Assembly (NCBI GenBank): GCA_028534125.1
Contig: CM052817.1
Location: 60,266,001 to 60,330,000 of the forward strand
Direction of reading: 5' to 3'
Length of the DNA: 64,000 nt
Origin: Lama glama
Lineage: Eukaryota
In this document: in pieces, positions 51,140 to 64,000 of the stretch
How positions within the stretch are numbered: the stretch's first letter is position 1
Layout: each line of letters starts with the position of its first letter
Notes under the pieces: generated by a model
Seen by the model: the letters and a program-made list of their open reading frames with translations, nothing else
What the model was told of the DNA's origin: nothing
The model's database searches: none
Program-made: the position numbers and the translations under genes

Positions 51140-52800
51140 GCATCATATATATATTTATTACTGTTTTCTATTTGCTGCCCTTATTCTTTGTGCCAGTTTT
51201 TGTGTTTTGAGTATTTTTCTGCTTTTTGTGAGTTTTACTGAACATTTTATATAATTCAGTTTTCTCTCTTAGCAGATCAGTTTGTTTATTAATTACTTAT
51301 TTATTTTACTTTTTTAGTGGTTGCCCTACATTTTGCAATATCCTCTTACAACTAATCCAAGTTTACTTGCAACTAATACTATATGATTTTATGAGTAGTG
51401 TAAGTACCTTATAATACCAAAATAATCTTTATATCTTTATTCCTTCCTCCCCACCCTGTATCATTAGGGTCATACATCATATTCTTGGTTATTGTTTCAA
51501 ACATTTTTGTTCCTTTCTCTCTTTCTTCCTCTTCTAGTAATCCCATTACATACACCATTTGTGGTTGCCCTACAGTCCTTGGATAGTCCATTCTGTTGTT
51601 TGTTTTTATTTTGTTTTGTTCAGTTTTTATTCTCTTTGCTTTTTGGTTTTTGCGAATTCTATAGATATATTCTCTAGTTCAGAGATGTCTCCTCAGCCAC
51701 GTCCAATCTACTAATAAGCATATCAAAAACATTCTTCATTTTGGTTACAGTGTTGTTGTTGTTTTTTTAATCTCTAGCATGTTATTTTGTTTCTTCTTAG
51801 GATTTCCATCTCTCTGCTTACATTGCCCATCTGTTCTTGCATACTGTCTGCTTTATCCATTTGAGCCCTCAGCACATTAATAATAGTTGTTTTAAATTCT
51901 TGGTCTAATAATGCCAACATACTTGTCATGTCTGGTTCTGATGCTTGCTCTGTCTCTTCAAACTGTGTTTTTTGCCTTCTGATATGCCTAATAATTTTAT
52001 CTTGATAACCAGACATGATATACTTGGTAAAAAGAACTGCTGTAAATCGGCCTTTGGTAATGTAGTGATGGTATGAGGGAGGGGAAGTGTTCTACATTCC
52101 TATGATCAGGTCTCTGTCTTTTAGTGAGCCTATGTCTCTGCATTGTGAACTTCAGGTTTCTCAAGTGTTTCTCAGGCTTTACTCCCCTCTTAGGTGGATC
52201 GCGATGGCTAGAGCAGGCTGGAACTGGATGTGTCCCTTCCTCAGGTAACTTGTGTGATGGATGATAATCCTTCAGGAAATTAGGCTCTGGTTAAGTAGTA
52301 TCCCCTAATGACAGGCTTTCTTAAGAATAACGGCATGCTATGGTGTATTTCAGAATGGTTCCTTTTCTCCATCCTCAGCTGAAGCTCAAAAAGATTTTTC
52401 TGACTTTTACTGCAGGGATATGGTAAGCTATTGAAAGAAATCTCACAATACTGTGGTAACTCCCGTATGACTGGGTCTCCCTGGAATTTTTAACTCTCAA
52501 AGAGTCGTCTGCCATGACCCTCCAGCAATTCATCAATTACAGTTAAGGTTTTCCTATTCAGGCACTGGTTCTGGTAGTTTCCACTAATGAATCCTTGCTG
52601 TGGTAAGCTGGGAGGCTGTGATGATCTGTATTTGCCTGTCTTTCTCTCCATATTGGGGGCAGTGGTTTGCCCTGTTTCCTCCTGTTTTATGGATCCAAGA
52701 AGAGTTGTTTGTTTTTAAGTCTCTTCAGTTTTTACTTGTTGTTAGGACAGCAGGGGTCCTCCAAGCTACTCACATGCAGAACTGGAAACCAGGAGTCCAA
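51140..52800 (-). mobile_element. Old L1 (L1MC/L1MD-type) 5' UTR plus decayed ORF1
   Basis: ORF 51774-52016(-) EFKTTIINVLRAQMDKADSMQEQMGNVSREMEILR is ORF1p coiled-coil-like. The adjacent frame VMGLLEEEEREKG..MFETI continues ORF1p. Confidence 0.85.
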
Positions 52801-54389
52801 TAGTATTTTTTAATGTAGTTTTGGCTTAAGATCGTCTCATTAATATAACATCCAAATCTTGTAAAATACATCATATCTTTAATTTGGGGATATAATTGGC
52901 TAGTATGTTCAGTTAATGGTGCAAATTGGGGTGATTGTTATTTTCTTTTCATGTTTTATGTTTACCAAAATTGAAGTAAGAGAAGGAGGAAGAAAAAGAG
53001 GAGGAAAAATAATCTACCAATTATAGATGAAGTTATATTTGGATGCATCCACAGATATAAAAAAAATTATACATTTCTACCTCTTTTGTAATTTCTTTCT
53101 GGTGAACATAACAGTTGATATGTTCATGAAAGATCATGAGTTGACATACATATGAGATGTTCTCCAGTAGCCATACTCCTTCCAACGATGTGAACATAAT
53201 ATAAACATAAATATCACATTTCTTCTTTGACTGTAATTCCTCCTGATATTTTACTCACTGGTCTAATCCCTTCATTCATACTCTTCAGAAATTGCAACTA
53301 TAGTCTGTCAGTCACTTCAGAACTAAAAAAAAGAGAGAGATTTTTCTATTATGCTTTTTTTTTCAATAAACCTTTAGATAGTTTCAAACTCAATTCAGTG
53401 TTTTTGTACTCTTTCAAGGGCACAAACAGGCTTAATTCTACAAACTATGTTGCCTATTCAAAAAAAGAGGCAGTTTCCATATCAGTGCTACATATTAAGA
53501 GAGTGGCTTTTGTAACTTACATTATTTGCATGGAGGTCATCACTGTCTTTAAAATGGAAAATTAAAATTCCGTGTATCTATCAATGGAACAGGTCGATGG
53601 AAAAGTTGATCCCAATACAGCATTCACGTTGGAGACATTATTGTTCAAAACGAACACGCCCCGAAGTTACTGTGTCAGATAACTACATGTGCTTGAAGGC
53701 TCTTATTTGTCAGCAGTGATATTTTGACATTCTAATACTCCTTTCACTTTGAAATACAAAAGTTTGTTTGTATGGCAGGGAAAATGGAAAAAAATAGTAT
53801 AATGAAACTCAATATGTGAGAAGCATTTGCAATTTGGAATTATGATGATCACATTTTACTCTTAATTAAAAGAGGTTGCCACCAAGAGGTGTATATGTTT
53901 TCACGCACATCTGTTAATTAATATTACATACCAAGGATTCTGTTTCAGTGCATAATTTGACCCACTTTACCCTAATCCTTAATAGATATTCCATACGGAA
54001 TTATGTGTCGAAGCTTCTTGGTAACAGTCAAGTTTTACAATAAACTTTAGATTTACCCCGGGCAACAAGTCTGTAATTACTTTCTCCTAACTCCTTGTGA
54101 ACAAATCTCACTTTCTAACCACTTAGACAAGCTAAACACTAATATATTCAAATTTATAGAGTAAAACGTAAGAAGTAATCCTGACTGATGCTGAGGATCT
54201 GGCTGTTGGTTTGCTGTGAGTTGTAAATATTATAGATGATAATGTTCATTTTTCTAAAAAGTATTTTTTTCTGTTTGGAAATAAATACAATTTCATTTTA
54301 TATAGTTTTGCATTTCTGAAACCAATGCATACCTATCTTTATTAGCTGCAATCATAGCTTATATTTTTTCAGATATTATACTGTTTCCA

Positions 54390-54550
54390 TACTTAATGCC
54401 TGTAAGCATTTGCACCCCCATTTTGTGGATGAATAAAGTGAGGCTTGAAAATTTTATTTTGGAAGTTATATATCCAGGCTTTTATCTTTTAAAAAAATCT
54501 TTAAATGTTAGAATTGTATTCTTTTCACCAAAGCCCATAGTATAGCTTCT
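54390..54550 (-). mobile_element. MIR fragment
   Basis: cccccattttgtggatgaataaagtgaggctt is the MIR core. Confidence 0.6.
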
Positions 54551-56419
54551 TAATAAACATTTGTTTAAATTAAACTGAATTGTCTTTTTTCAGTGTCCCA
54601 TGATATCAGAAGGTAAAATAATATAAGTAGTATATATAATAAATGACACATATATTTACTACATTAAACACAACAGCATATAATATATAATAGATATTAT
54701 AGCACTATTATATTAAAATAGTATAATACTACCTATTCATATATGTTCTTATATTTTTCCATCACGACTTACAGAGAATAAAATGAAAAATAACATTTTT
54801 CTACTTAATTCTCCTGTATGCATTTTTTTTTCTGTGAAATAGTAGTACAAGTTGTAACCATAATGCTTTGGGCTTTGAAATATAAGCTAATTGTATAATT
54901 TTATAACTTATAATGATAAAATTATAATTTTAGAAATACAAGCTAACTTTATATCAGCACTTACTAGCTCTTTGCCAAGGCACATACTAGTTAAATTCAA
55001 GAGCTCCAAGCATGTGTATTTCTCCTCTGTGCCGAACTGCATTTGTCTAAGCTGTTTCTTCCCAATCCAGTCTCCCTAATAGGCAAACATAAAGTCTAGA
55101 CTAGCTGACACTCCACTGAGTAGTTGAAGGTAGAAGACACCCCTGCGAATCAGTAATAAAGAACGGGTTAACCCGATCTTCCAGACTTTTTTTCCCTGAA
55201 CCAAAGATTGTTGTTCTTCACACCCAAAACCTGAAAAGAAATGAAACCAACATCATCTCCTAATCATTTTCTCCTGCATTCCAAGTCTTTGGTGTCAGTC
55301 TTGTAAATACATTAACATACATTGAAAGACATTTCATTTTAATAATTTAGCTAAGTTTGTTTTTAGTCTAGTTGTCATTGTTCTTAAAATTTCTGTGATG
55401 AATCAATGGAAGAATAAGCTTATTCCAAGTTGATTTGCTACTTATTTTTATTATGGATCTGGCAAGTCATTGTGTTCCTTGTTTTATAAATGGAAATGAT
55501 AATCCCTAAGCTAATTTAATATTTTAAGCATGGTAATTAAATAAGACATAAATTATCACATATTTGCGTTTTCAATACGACATTAAAAGGGGGGAATACA
55601 GGCAAGAAAACTGTTTTCAACTTTTTAAAAAGATTTTTTAAGATAATAATAGTAAGTTTTATTTGCATTTTTCATTTAACTGATGGGTAGAGAAAGAAAC
55701 CAGTGTGTTCTAATCACGAACCTAGTTTTAAAATGATATAAACCAAGAAATTATGTTTAAAGGAAGATCTCATTTAAATTCTGATAAAAAACAACTTGTC
55801 ATTGGGGGTCATTGACATTGGTTCCTTTAAGCACAATCACACTGTCTTAGCAAGATGTTTCAGGGACACACACATTCTGTACAAGTTTATTTACTCACAG
55901 TGAGAGAACATTTCAAGCTGATAGCTTTAATTATTTTAGCTGATTCCCATGATTGCATTCATGTTAGGGCCAAAAGAGGTGACTGTCTGTGGGTAATCAT
56001 TCCATCATAACTCAGAGTGTCCAAGCTCTGAGGCGTGCCCAGCTTGGAAAACTAGTTTGATCTCCTTCAGAAAATGTTAATAAAAGAAAACATGTAAGAA
56101 ATACAGGCTGTGAACCTTTCAAAAACAGTTAAAAACCTAAAATCAGAACTATAGCTTGAGATGCAAGAAGGGATTTTCATGGAAATTATAATATTCTTGA
56201 AGTACAGCATCAAACACAGATTTGCACATAATGAGAATCCAGTAATCATTTGTTGCGTGAATAATGACTTGAAATTCCCTCTTCTACTTTAATTCATTTT
56301 CCCATGTTTTTTTTTAAGCACTTGTCTAGCTCTATTACATCTGTCCTTCCTAATAAACTTGTTTACATGCTCTCCTTCTGAAGTCTATATTCTGTTAAAA
56401 ATTCAAATTTCAAACCATT

Positions 56420-56620
56420 GGCTTTTACTGAGTGTGTATTAGGCATTACTCTAAAACGTATTAATTTATTTAATTCTTACTGGTATATATTAGCATTTCT
56501 ACTTTAGTGGTGAGAAAATAAGGTTAAGTAACTTTCCTGAAGTCATATCACTGAAAAGCACAGGGCCTAGAATGAAAACCCAGGTGCTCTAGTTTCAGAG
56601 AAAGCATGTAACTAGTGCAT
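56420..56620 (-). mobile_element. MIR
   Basis: aggttaagtaactttcctgaagtcatatcac...agaatgaaaacccagg. Confidence 0.75.
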
Positions 56621-58292
56621 TTGAGTTGAGATTTTATTTTGCCATATCTTTGAAATGGTATTTGTTCTCTCTCTTTGTATTATATATTCCATAGAAAATC
56701 AACATGTAGCGGTACCAAGATATTTGGAGAAGAGTGACACAATGAGTTGACTACATTTGTTTCACCTTATTACTATTAAACCTTAACTCAGTAAACAGGC
56801 CATTATATGAAGAGGATGAGCGTGATTACAATCACTATTCCTGGGTAAACATGTGCCTGGAAAAATTGTTGCTTAATCAGCAGTTCTCTCTGCTTGACAC
56901 ATGAATGACTACTCTTCTATGCCATTACAATCCCCAGTATTCTAAAAATTCTCCTCTCAAGCTGTCACTTTGACAAACCATTCTGTGATTGCTGCACTAT
57001 AAGGTTAACTATTCTCAGTCAGGTTGCCCAGGAGTCTAGAGATGGTATACATGTTTTGAAGTTAGAGTTCCATTACTTCTTAAATTGTCTCTTTTGCCAT
57101 ATTACTTATGAACCTTCAAGTAAAAGTAAGGTTGTCTAACAGTGGTCTGCTTTCTCTATTGCTTTTCCCAAAGGAAAGAGCTCCTTATTTAGATCTTTCT
57201 TCCGCATTCCAGGATACCCTTTTCCTTCCTCCTCAGTTATCAAAATCAAATTCTCCTTCAAGATTCATCTTATTGTTGGTTCATCAAATATTTCTTAAGC
57301 ATGAACTCTGTGCCAATAAAAGAATAATTAAGAAAATGATACCCTTTTTAAGGGATTTAAGAGTTAATGTGCTTCTTTAGCAAAAAAAACTTTCCAACAA
57401 GTTCAAGCCAAATTGATCCAACTCGTGTTAAAATGTATGCCCTTTTTGAACCTAAATAGTCTTTTCCTACTTAGTTGTATGGTTTCTTTTAGATAAACAT
57501 CTCACGTATATTTGATTAATATTGGGTGGCTATGTAAGGCAACTGTAAGCTTCTAAAGAGTATAGATACTTCGTATTACACTACCTTTGTATTCCTTTGG
57601 GAATGTCCTTAATAGTTGATTGAGTCAGTGATTATAGACCTTTATCTCTAAGTAATTATACTCTTTCATAATCAGTTACCTCAAACTGTACTTCAGGATC
57701 CTTCAGGTAAAAGAGTAAAGTCATACAAATAGGGATGATACAAATTATAGTGCAGTATTACTTTGCTGTTGAAAAAGGACTTCCACATACATGTTTTCAT
57801 TTGTGATTAGCAAAAGCTGTATGAGGTAAATTGGGTATAATGATCACCATTTGCTTCATAGGTATGTGTGATGATAAGAGATAAAAAGGGCTTTGAAATG
57901 AAATCTCTAACATTATGGAAAATATCATTATGTTAGTACTGTGGATAAAACATTTTTTTTTTTTGCAATTGGAGCATCTAACTCTCATTAAAACAATCTC
58001 CATGGATATTATTTGTGGGAAGAGTTCGGGATGGTATGACAGAGAAGGTGCTATGAAGTACAAAACATCGCAGTGTTTCATGGAAAGACATGGCAAAGAG
58101 ACTCATCATAAGAAACGTTATTTCTTGAGATTGCTTATTTGATACAAACCCAGGTGAATCCTCATTTCTTTGTTTTGTCTCTTCAAAAAAGGAAAACGGT
58201 CGGAAATCACAATGTTATGTTAGAACTTTCCCTTTTCTCCTTTTTTGAGGGGATGGTGAAAGAAGGAAGAGAAGGTATTAAATTTAGTGCTT

Positions 58293-58294
58293 TC

Positions 58295-58325
<31 letters not shown>

Positions 58326-58338
58326 GTCTCTGTCTCTC

Positions 58339-58385
<47 letters not shown>
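58293..58385. repeat. Compound microsatellite (TC)n-(TCTCTG)n-(TA)n
   Basis: Directly visible; it accounts for the SLSLCLCL/YIYIYI ORFs in the track. Confidence 0.97.
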
Positions 58386-58387
<2 letters not shown>

Positions 58388-58759
58388 CACATTCAGAAGA
58401 AAATGGTTTTGTTACAAATAGATCAGCCTTTCTTTGAAAGGTCCGTAAACCTTTACACAGTAGAAAAAATGCCAGGGCATTTTAAACAGGCATATGATAA
58501 ATAAAACACACCATACTCTCTTCAGTGTAAGTTTGCAAGAGTACACTGATTTACCAATAGCACCTAACCCCAATGTCCTTATAATAAATCAAAACACAGA
58601 GGTATATAAAGCCACCATAAAGAAATACAAAAGCTTTTTCTATTTCTAGGCGAAAATATAACCAGTTAAGTTAGAACGTGCCAAGTAGAGGAAAGATTGA
58701 TCAATAACAGAACTAAGGAGAAGAGAGAGAGAGAAACATTGGTATGATGTATCCTGGGA

Positions 58760-58900
58760 AATACTCTAGTCTAATCACTACCTTTAATATGTAAAGAAAC
58801 TGAAACCCAAAGAGAAAAAGTGATTCTTGCCTAAAATCCAACATTGATTCACATCTGAACCAGAGCTAAAAAAACCAGCACACCTCACATATGCCCTAGT
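58760..58900 (-). mobile_element. MIR fragment
   Basis: tctagtctaat...taaagaaactgaaacccaaagagaaaaagtgattcttgcctaa. Confidence 0.65.
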
Positions 58901-59869
58901 TCTCTAGATTATAGAGCCGACACATTTCTCCTCCCTGAAAGCAACAGTTTCTAGGCAATAGCAGAGGTACAGGAGGCTTAGCTGGTTTTTTGTTGCTGTT
59001 GTTTTTTCATGCTGGTGTCAATGATATAAGAAGATTGTGATATCAGTCTGATGTTTTGATTTTGCATCTTACCTTGGAAGAAATGTTATCTTTGTATGTT
59101 TAAGTGAATTTCACACAAAAATTAATGTCATAGATTTAAACAGGCCTTTTTAACAACTTGCACAGTCCTGATTTTAAAAAGCAACATATAAAAGAGTGCA
59201 CGTGACTTAGTGAAAAGCTGTATCGAGAAAAAGTTGTCACAAATTTTATGCCATGCTTTTCAAGAATTATCTCCTTTCACTTCATAATTGCCACTAGCAG
59301 TAGCCAAGCTAACTATTAAATAGTGTTTCTGACCTTATGCACTGTTTCATAGCTCTGTAAAGTACATAGACAGCTTTTTCCCCCCAAAATAGAAATGCTT
59401 CTGATTCTATGTTGAAGGGCATTATTAGTGAAATTAGAATATGATAACAAACTGCAGATGGTAGAAGATTACTTCCTGGCAGAGAATAAATCCAAGTGCA
59501 TTCTGTGCTCAGTGACATGTGATCATCCATAAATTGTGATAGTGGTGATCTAGTCACAAATAAAAATTAAAATAATTTTACAATAAATTAGAATGTATTA
59601 CATTGGAAAATTGTGAGTTTTCATAGTTGCTATAATAAATCATACAAGTAGCCATTTTAGTTCACTTAAAAATCATAATGCATTTTACTTAGTTTAAAAT
59701 CATCTAAAACACACATATTATTAAAAGATTATTTCAACCGAATCAAATTTAAAAGTAAATGTTTATACACTAAAGAGGTGACAGACTTTGATATATTACT
59801 ACTACAAAAGTGTCTATGAAGAATATTATTTTTAAAGATGAATGATCTAATCTATTACATATTACATTT

Positions 59870-60760
59870 TATCCATGTTTTTAAGAAAATTTACTCAAGT
59901 CCCCTATTTGCCAAGAACATCTGAGTTAAAAACAAATAAACAAACAAAACAGCACATCTCTGCCTTCATGGAGCTTGTATATATTAGACCTATTACAAAA
60001 GAATATTGATGTTTCTAAATAGTGCATGTAGAGAAGGCTAAACAGCAGTTTTGTTATGAAGGACAAGATTCTTCTCGTTTGCCCCTCCTACTATTGTCAA
60101 CTCCATTTAGGATTTTTCTTTATCAACAAAAGCAGATGATTTCTGTGAAAACAATGGTTTTTTTAAAGCAGACTTTGAGTTACATTAATGTGAACTACTA
60201 AGGCTAAAAAAAGTCATGTAATTTGAAATATAAGTAAGCTACCTTACACTGAGTCCACTTTGGAGGCCAGATTGCAAGTACACTGTTCCTTCAATTATTC
60301 ATCCATTCACCATATATTCAGTGAGTGCCTACAATAGACCAATCTCTCCCCTCGTCTTGTGCAAAGCCGACAAAGCTCCTGCTCGCATGTAGCTTATATT
60401 TTCATGGGGAAGAAAGAGTGAAAATATAGAAACAAACAAATATGTAGTCAGATGATGATAAATGTTAAGGAAAAAATAGTCTTGAAATAGAGAGTAATAA
60501 GGATGTAATTGTAAAAGAGACTGCAAAAGCATAGGCTTAGCGTAAGGGAATAAGATGAAAGAATATATGGGTAAAAAGTGCCTGGGCAGAAAGAAAATAG
60601 GCTGCACTAAAAAGCAACAAGCCTGCATGGCTAAAGTAGAATGAGTAAGGCTGAATGTAATAGTTTAGGTCAGAGTTGTGGCCAGGCATGAGGTAATAGA
60701 GAGCCTAGGGGCCCAGAAAAGAAAGTTTCCATGAAGAGGAGTAATGGATGTGTCTGAATG
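59870..60760 (-). mobile_element. L2 3' fragments (about 59870-59990 and 60290-60760)
   Basis: tctctgccttcatggagctt; ttattcatccattcaccatattcagtgagtgcctac; gcatggctaaagtagaatgagt. Confidence 0.7.
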
Positions 60761-61059
60761 ACATTGCTGTCAAGGAATAAAATATTAGTAAAAGAAATGA
60801 AATTATTCACTGTGATAATCAAAAACAGTGCACTCTTTCTAATCAAAAGTACTTAAAGTCTGTCTAATGTAATTAGCCAACTCTGATTGAATTTATAAGA
60901 TGCAAGGTACTGGGTTTCAAACAAACATTGGAGAAGACAGTGTCTAATCCAGAAGACTGGCATGCAAACAGGTAATTACCCCAGATATTGGAACTGTCAA
61001 ACAGAAACAACAAAATACCTACAGTTAATATGTTAACAGGAAAGGTGAATAACATAAAT

Positions 61060-62480
61060 GAATAATAGGGGAAATTTAGCAGAAAAAGTTTAGATTAAAG
61101 CAGTACACAAAAAGAAATTTAAAGAATCAAATACCTATATTTTAAAAAAAGAAAGGTCTAAAATTAATGATCACAGCTTCCACCCTAGAGAAAGATAAAC
61201 ATCAGAGTGGAAATCAATGAAATAGAAAACAAAAAGGCAATGGAGAAAAATCAACAAAGCCAAAAGTTCTTTCTTTAAGAAAATTAATAAAATCAATAAA
61301 CCTCTAGCCAGCCTGACCAAGAACAAAAGAGAGATAATACAGATTACCAATATTATGAATGAGGGAGGCAGCATCACTACAGATTTTATAGATATTAAAA
61401 GGATTACAAGATAATATTATTAACACCTTTTTGACAATAAATTTGACAACTTAGATGAAAAGGGTAAATTCCCTGAAGACACAGACTAACAAAGCTCACT
61501 CAAAAGGAAATAAATAAGCTGAATATCCCCATATTTGTTTTTAACATAGATTTTACACTTAAAAACTTCCCTAAAAGTTTTCTCACAAGTGAAACTCTAT
61601 TCCCATAAAGTTTCACAGGTGAGTCCTACCAAATATTAAAGAAGAAATAATACTAATTATACACAGACTCGTCCAGAAAACTGAATAGATGTTACTACAT
61701 TACAACTCATTTACTGAGGCCAACATTATCCTTGCAAAGATGGTTTAACATTCAGAAATCAATCAATGTAGTAATTCAAATTAAGATATTACAGAAAAAA
61801 TTATGTGATTATCTCAAAATATGCCTAAAAAGCCTTTGACGAAATACAATATCCATTCCTGATTAAAAAAAAAAAAAACTCTCAGCATGCTTGACATAAA
61901 AGGGAACTTCCTCAACTTTACAAAGATCATTATATTTAATGGCAGGTTACATTATATTTAATTATCAAAGACTGAATGCTTTTTTCTTAAGGTTAGGAAA
62001 AGGGAAAGGTGGCTGCTCTTACCGTGTATATTCCACATTGTATTGGTACTAGCCAGTGCAATAAGGTATGAAAAGGAAATAAACAGTATACAGGTTAGAA
62101 AGGGAGAAGTACAGATGCCTTTGTTTGAAAATGACATGACTGTCTATATAGAAATTTCTATGGAATCTACAAAAAAGGAATCTAAAACTAACAAGTGAGT
62201 TTAATAAGATTTCATAATGCAAAATCAGTATTCAATAATCTGATATATTTCTATATTCTAACAACAAAAATTGAATTAAAATTTAAAAGTACCATTTACA
62301 ATAAAATATAAAAATATTTAGCAATAAATATGACAAAAGAAATGTAAGACCTATTTACTGAATACTACTTTGATTGATTTTTTTATTAGAAATATTGATC
62401 AAAAAAATTTTGAAAGACTGATTTAAATGAAGATTATGCCATGTTCATGAATCAGAAGATTTGGTATTGTTACAATGTCA
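61060..62480 (+). mobile_element. Old L1 ORF2 (reverse transcriptase region) remnant with internal deletions
   Basis: Plus frame reads KPLASLTKNKREIIQITNIMNEGGSITTD; also GFNIRKSINV-like (tttaacattcagaaatcaatcaatgta) and ttgtttgaaaatgacatg (degenerate LFADDM). Many stops and frameshifts. Confidence 0.9.
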
Positions 62481-62714
62481 AAAACAATTCTTTGTATAAG
62501 TACCTAGGCTGCTGAAAAAAATAATATAACATAAGTATAAATGGCATGGCAGTAGGAGAATATTTGGAATATCAGAGAGATGTGATGGCAAGGAACGGTG
62601 CTGAAAGTAAGCATGACGATATATATTGGGGCCAGATCGTGAAGGTTTTTTATACCATGCTAAGAGTTTAAGCTTTTTCCTTCAGAAGTTGTAAGTAATT
62701 GACTGTTACATCTG

Positions 62715-63020
62715 TTTTTAACTTTCAGTTTTCAAGTAGTTTTAGATTTATAGAAAAATTATGAAAATAGTACATTGAGTTTGTTTATATTCATCTTTCC
62801 CTCCCCCAATATTAATGTCTTAAATAGCCATAGTACAGTTACCAAGAACAATACAATATTATTAAATGTGTTACAGATCTTACTAAAAATTTATCAATTT
62901 ATTCAATAACTTTTTTCTGTTCTAAAATTTTACTCAGGATCCTATGTTGCATTTAGTTGTCATTTCTCCTTAATTCCTCCAGACCATAATAGTTCCTCAG
63001 TCTTTTATCAATGACTTTTA
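62715..63020 (-). mobile_element. L1MC4/5-type 3' end inserted in L2 (L2 pieces near 62530-62700 and 63080-63370)
   Basis: ttttagatttatagaaaaatt...ccatagtacagttacca...caggatcctatgttgcatttagttgtcatttctcctta. Confidence 0.75.
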
Positions 63021-64000
63021 AAACAGAAAAGCAACATAAGGATATTTAGAAAAAAAAAAAAAAGATACCGTGTCCTTTTACAATAAGGATTATTAGAGAA
63101 AGGTTAAGCTGAAGGCTGTGAAATCATATCAGCTTAGAGTCAGTTTTAGTAATTGGGTTAGTGGTGACACAGATTGAACTAAGGGACTGGCAGTGAATAT
63201 TCCAAGAAGAGAACAGCTTTGAGAAATGTTTGGGAGGTAGAATTACAGTATGGGTTAAGCAAAGCTGATATGAAGGAGTATGGGGAATAAGAAAGAGGAA
63301 ATAATTGAAAGTGGCTTCTGATTTTTGGCATTGATAATCTGGATGAACAGCAATAACTGAGAGAGCAATGTCCGATATTATTTATTTGTCATCCTCTGTC
63401 TTCCCCTTACATAAACACAGACACATAGTTCATTATATCTTTTTAGCAAGATCTTATTCTTATTTTCATAAGGTATGATTTGCTAGAGTATATTAAATAT
63501 CTCTATTTATAATAATATCTTATCACTTATCACTTGTCTTGAAAGAATGATATAAATCCAAGGTGTGCCATATTATAAAAGGATAATAATTTTAATAATG
63601 AGAATTTCTATAAAATCACAGAAAAAGTTTTGAAGGCTAACATATAATATAATATGGATTTTCATTTTTTTCACAGTTGTGTTTAATCCTTACTTTTTTT
63701 AGCTGGGACTATTCAGAGATCAAATATTATCTGTATCAACTAAATACAACATTCTTCACTCATGTAGTTTCTTAAAGTCCTGCTGCTGTTCTTTCCTGAA
63801 GTCGTAACTTCTATTAGGTGACAATCAGGTGTTTATAAGGGAGTGGAGATGTTGTTTTAGATTAACTTACGTCTGTAGGATGTGGGAAGAACACTTTTCT
63901 ACACATGATATTAAGCAAAATATTCCCCAAAGTAAAAGACTGACAAATTTGCTTGAGTAATAGTTTAAAATCTTCTAATTATATGTAAATTTAAAATACA

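Noticed and set aside
51774..52016. Protein-like coiled-coil ORF as a possible domesticated gene
   Set aside because: It is a fragment of L1 ORF1p; neighbouring sequence is frameshifted and deleted.
57915..58160. 75-aa ORF near a cag|gtgaat donor-like site
   Set aside because: Stops before the donor, has no good acceptor and no recognisable homology.
1..64000. Known conserved miRNA, rRNA, numt or processed pseudogene
   Set aside because: None recognised by eye; a miRBase/Rfam/BLAST search is needed to exclude them formally.

Overview
AT-rich, CpG-depleted mammalian nuclear DNA, most likely a large intron or intergenic region. A tRNA-derived SINE of the Vic-1 type (20323-20500) and a matching young L1 3' end point to a camelid. 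I recognise no protein-coding gene, rRNA, true tRNA or known miRNA. The ORF-track entries are chance ORFs or decayed L1 ORF1/ORF2 pieces. Much of the window is layered fossil transposable elements: L2, MIR, old and young L1, a HAL1-like ORF1 remnant, MLT1 and MER67 LTRs, and MER91A, MER20, MER103 and Tigger-type DNA transposons, several with readable target-site duplications (TSDs). There is one 100-N assembly gap inside a young L1. The best leads are an internally deleted L1 that keeps both ends, a compact candidate terminal exon with a possible upstream micro-exon, a POU/E-box/RFX motif cluster, a DHFR-type E2F palindrome and a CpG microcluster. All repeat-family names come from recalled consensus similarity, not a database search. 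The sequence alone does not demonstrate a new biological system.
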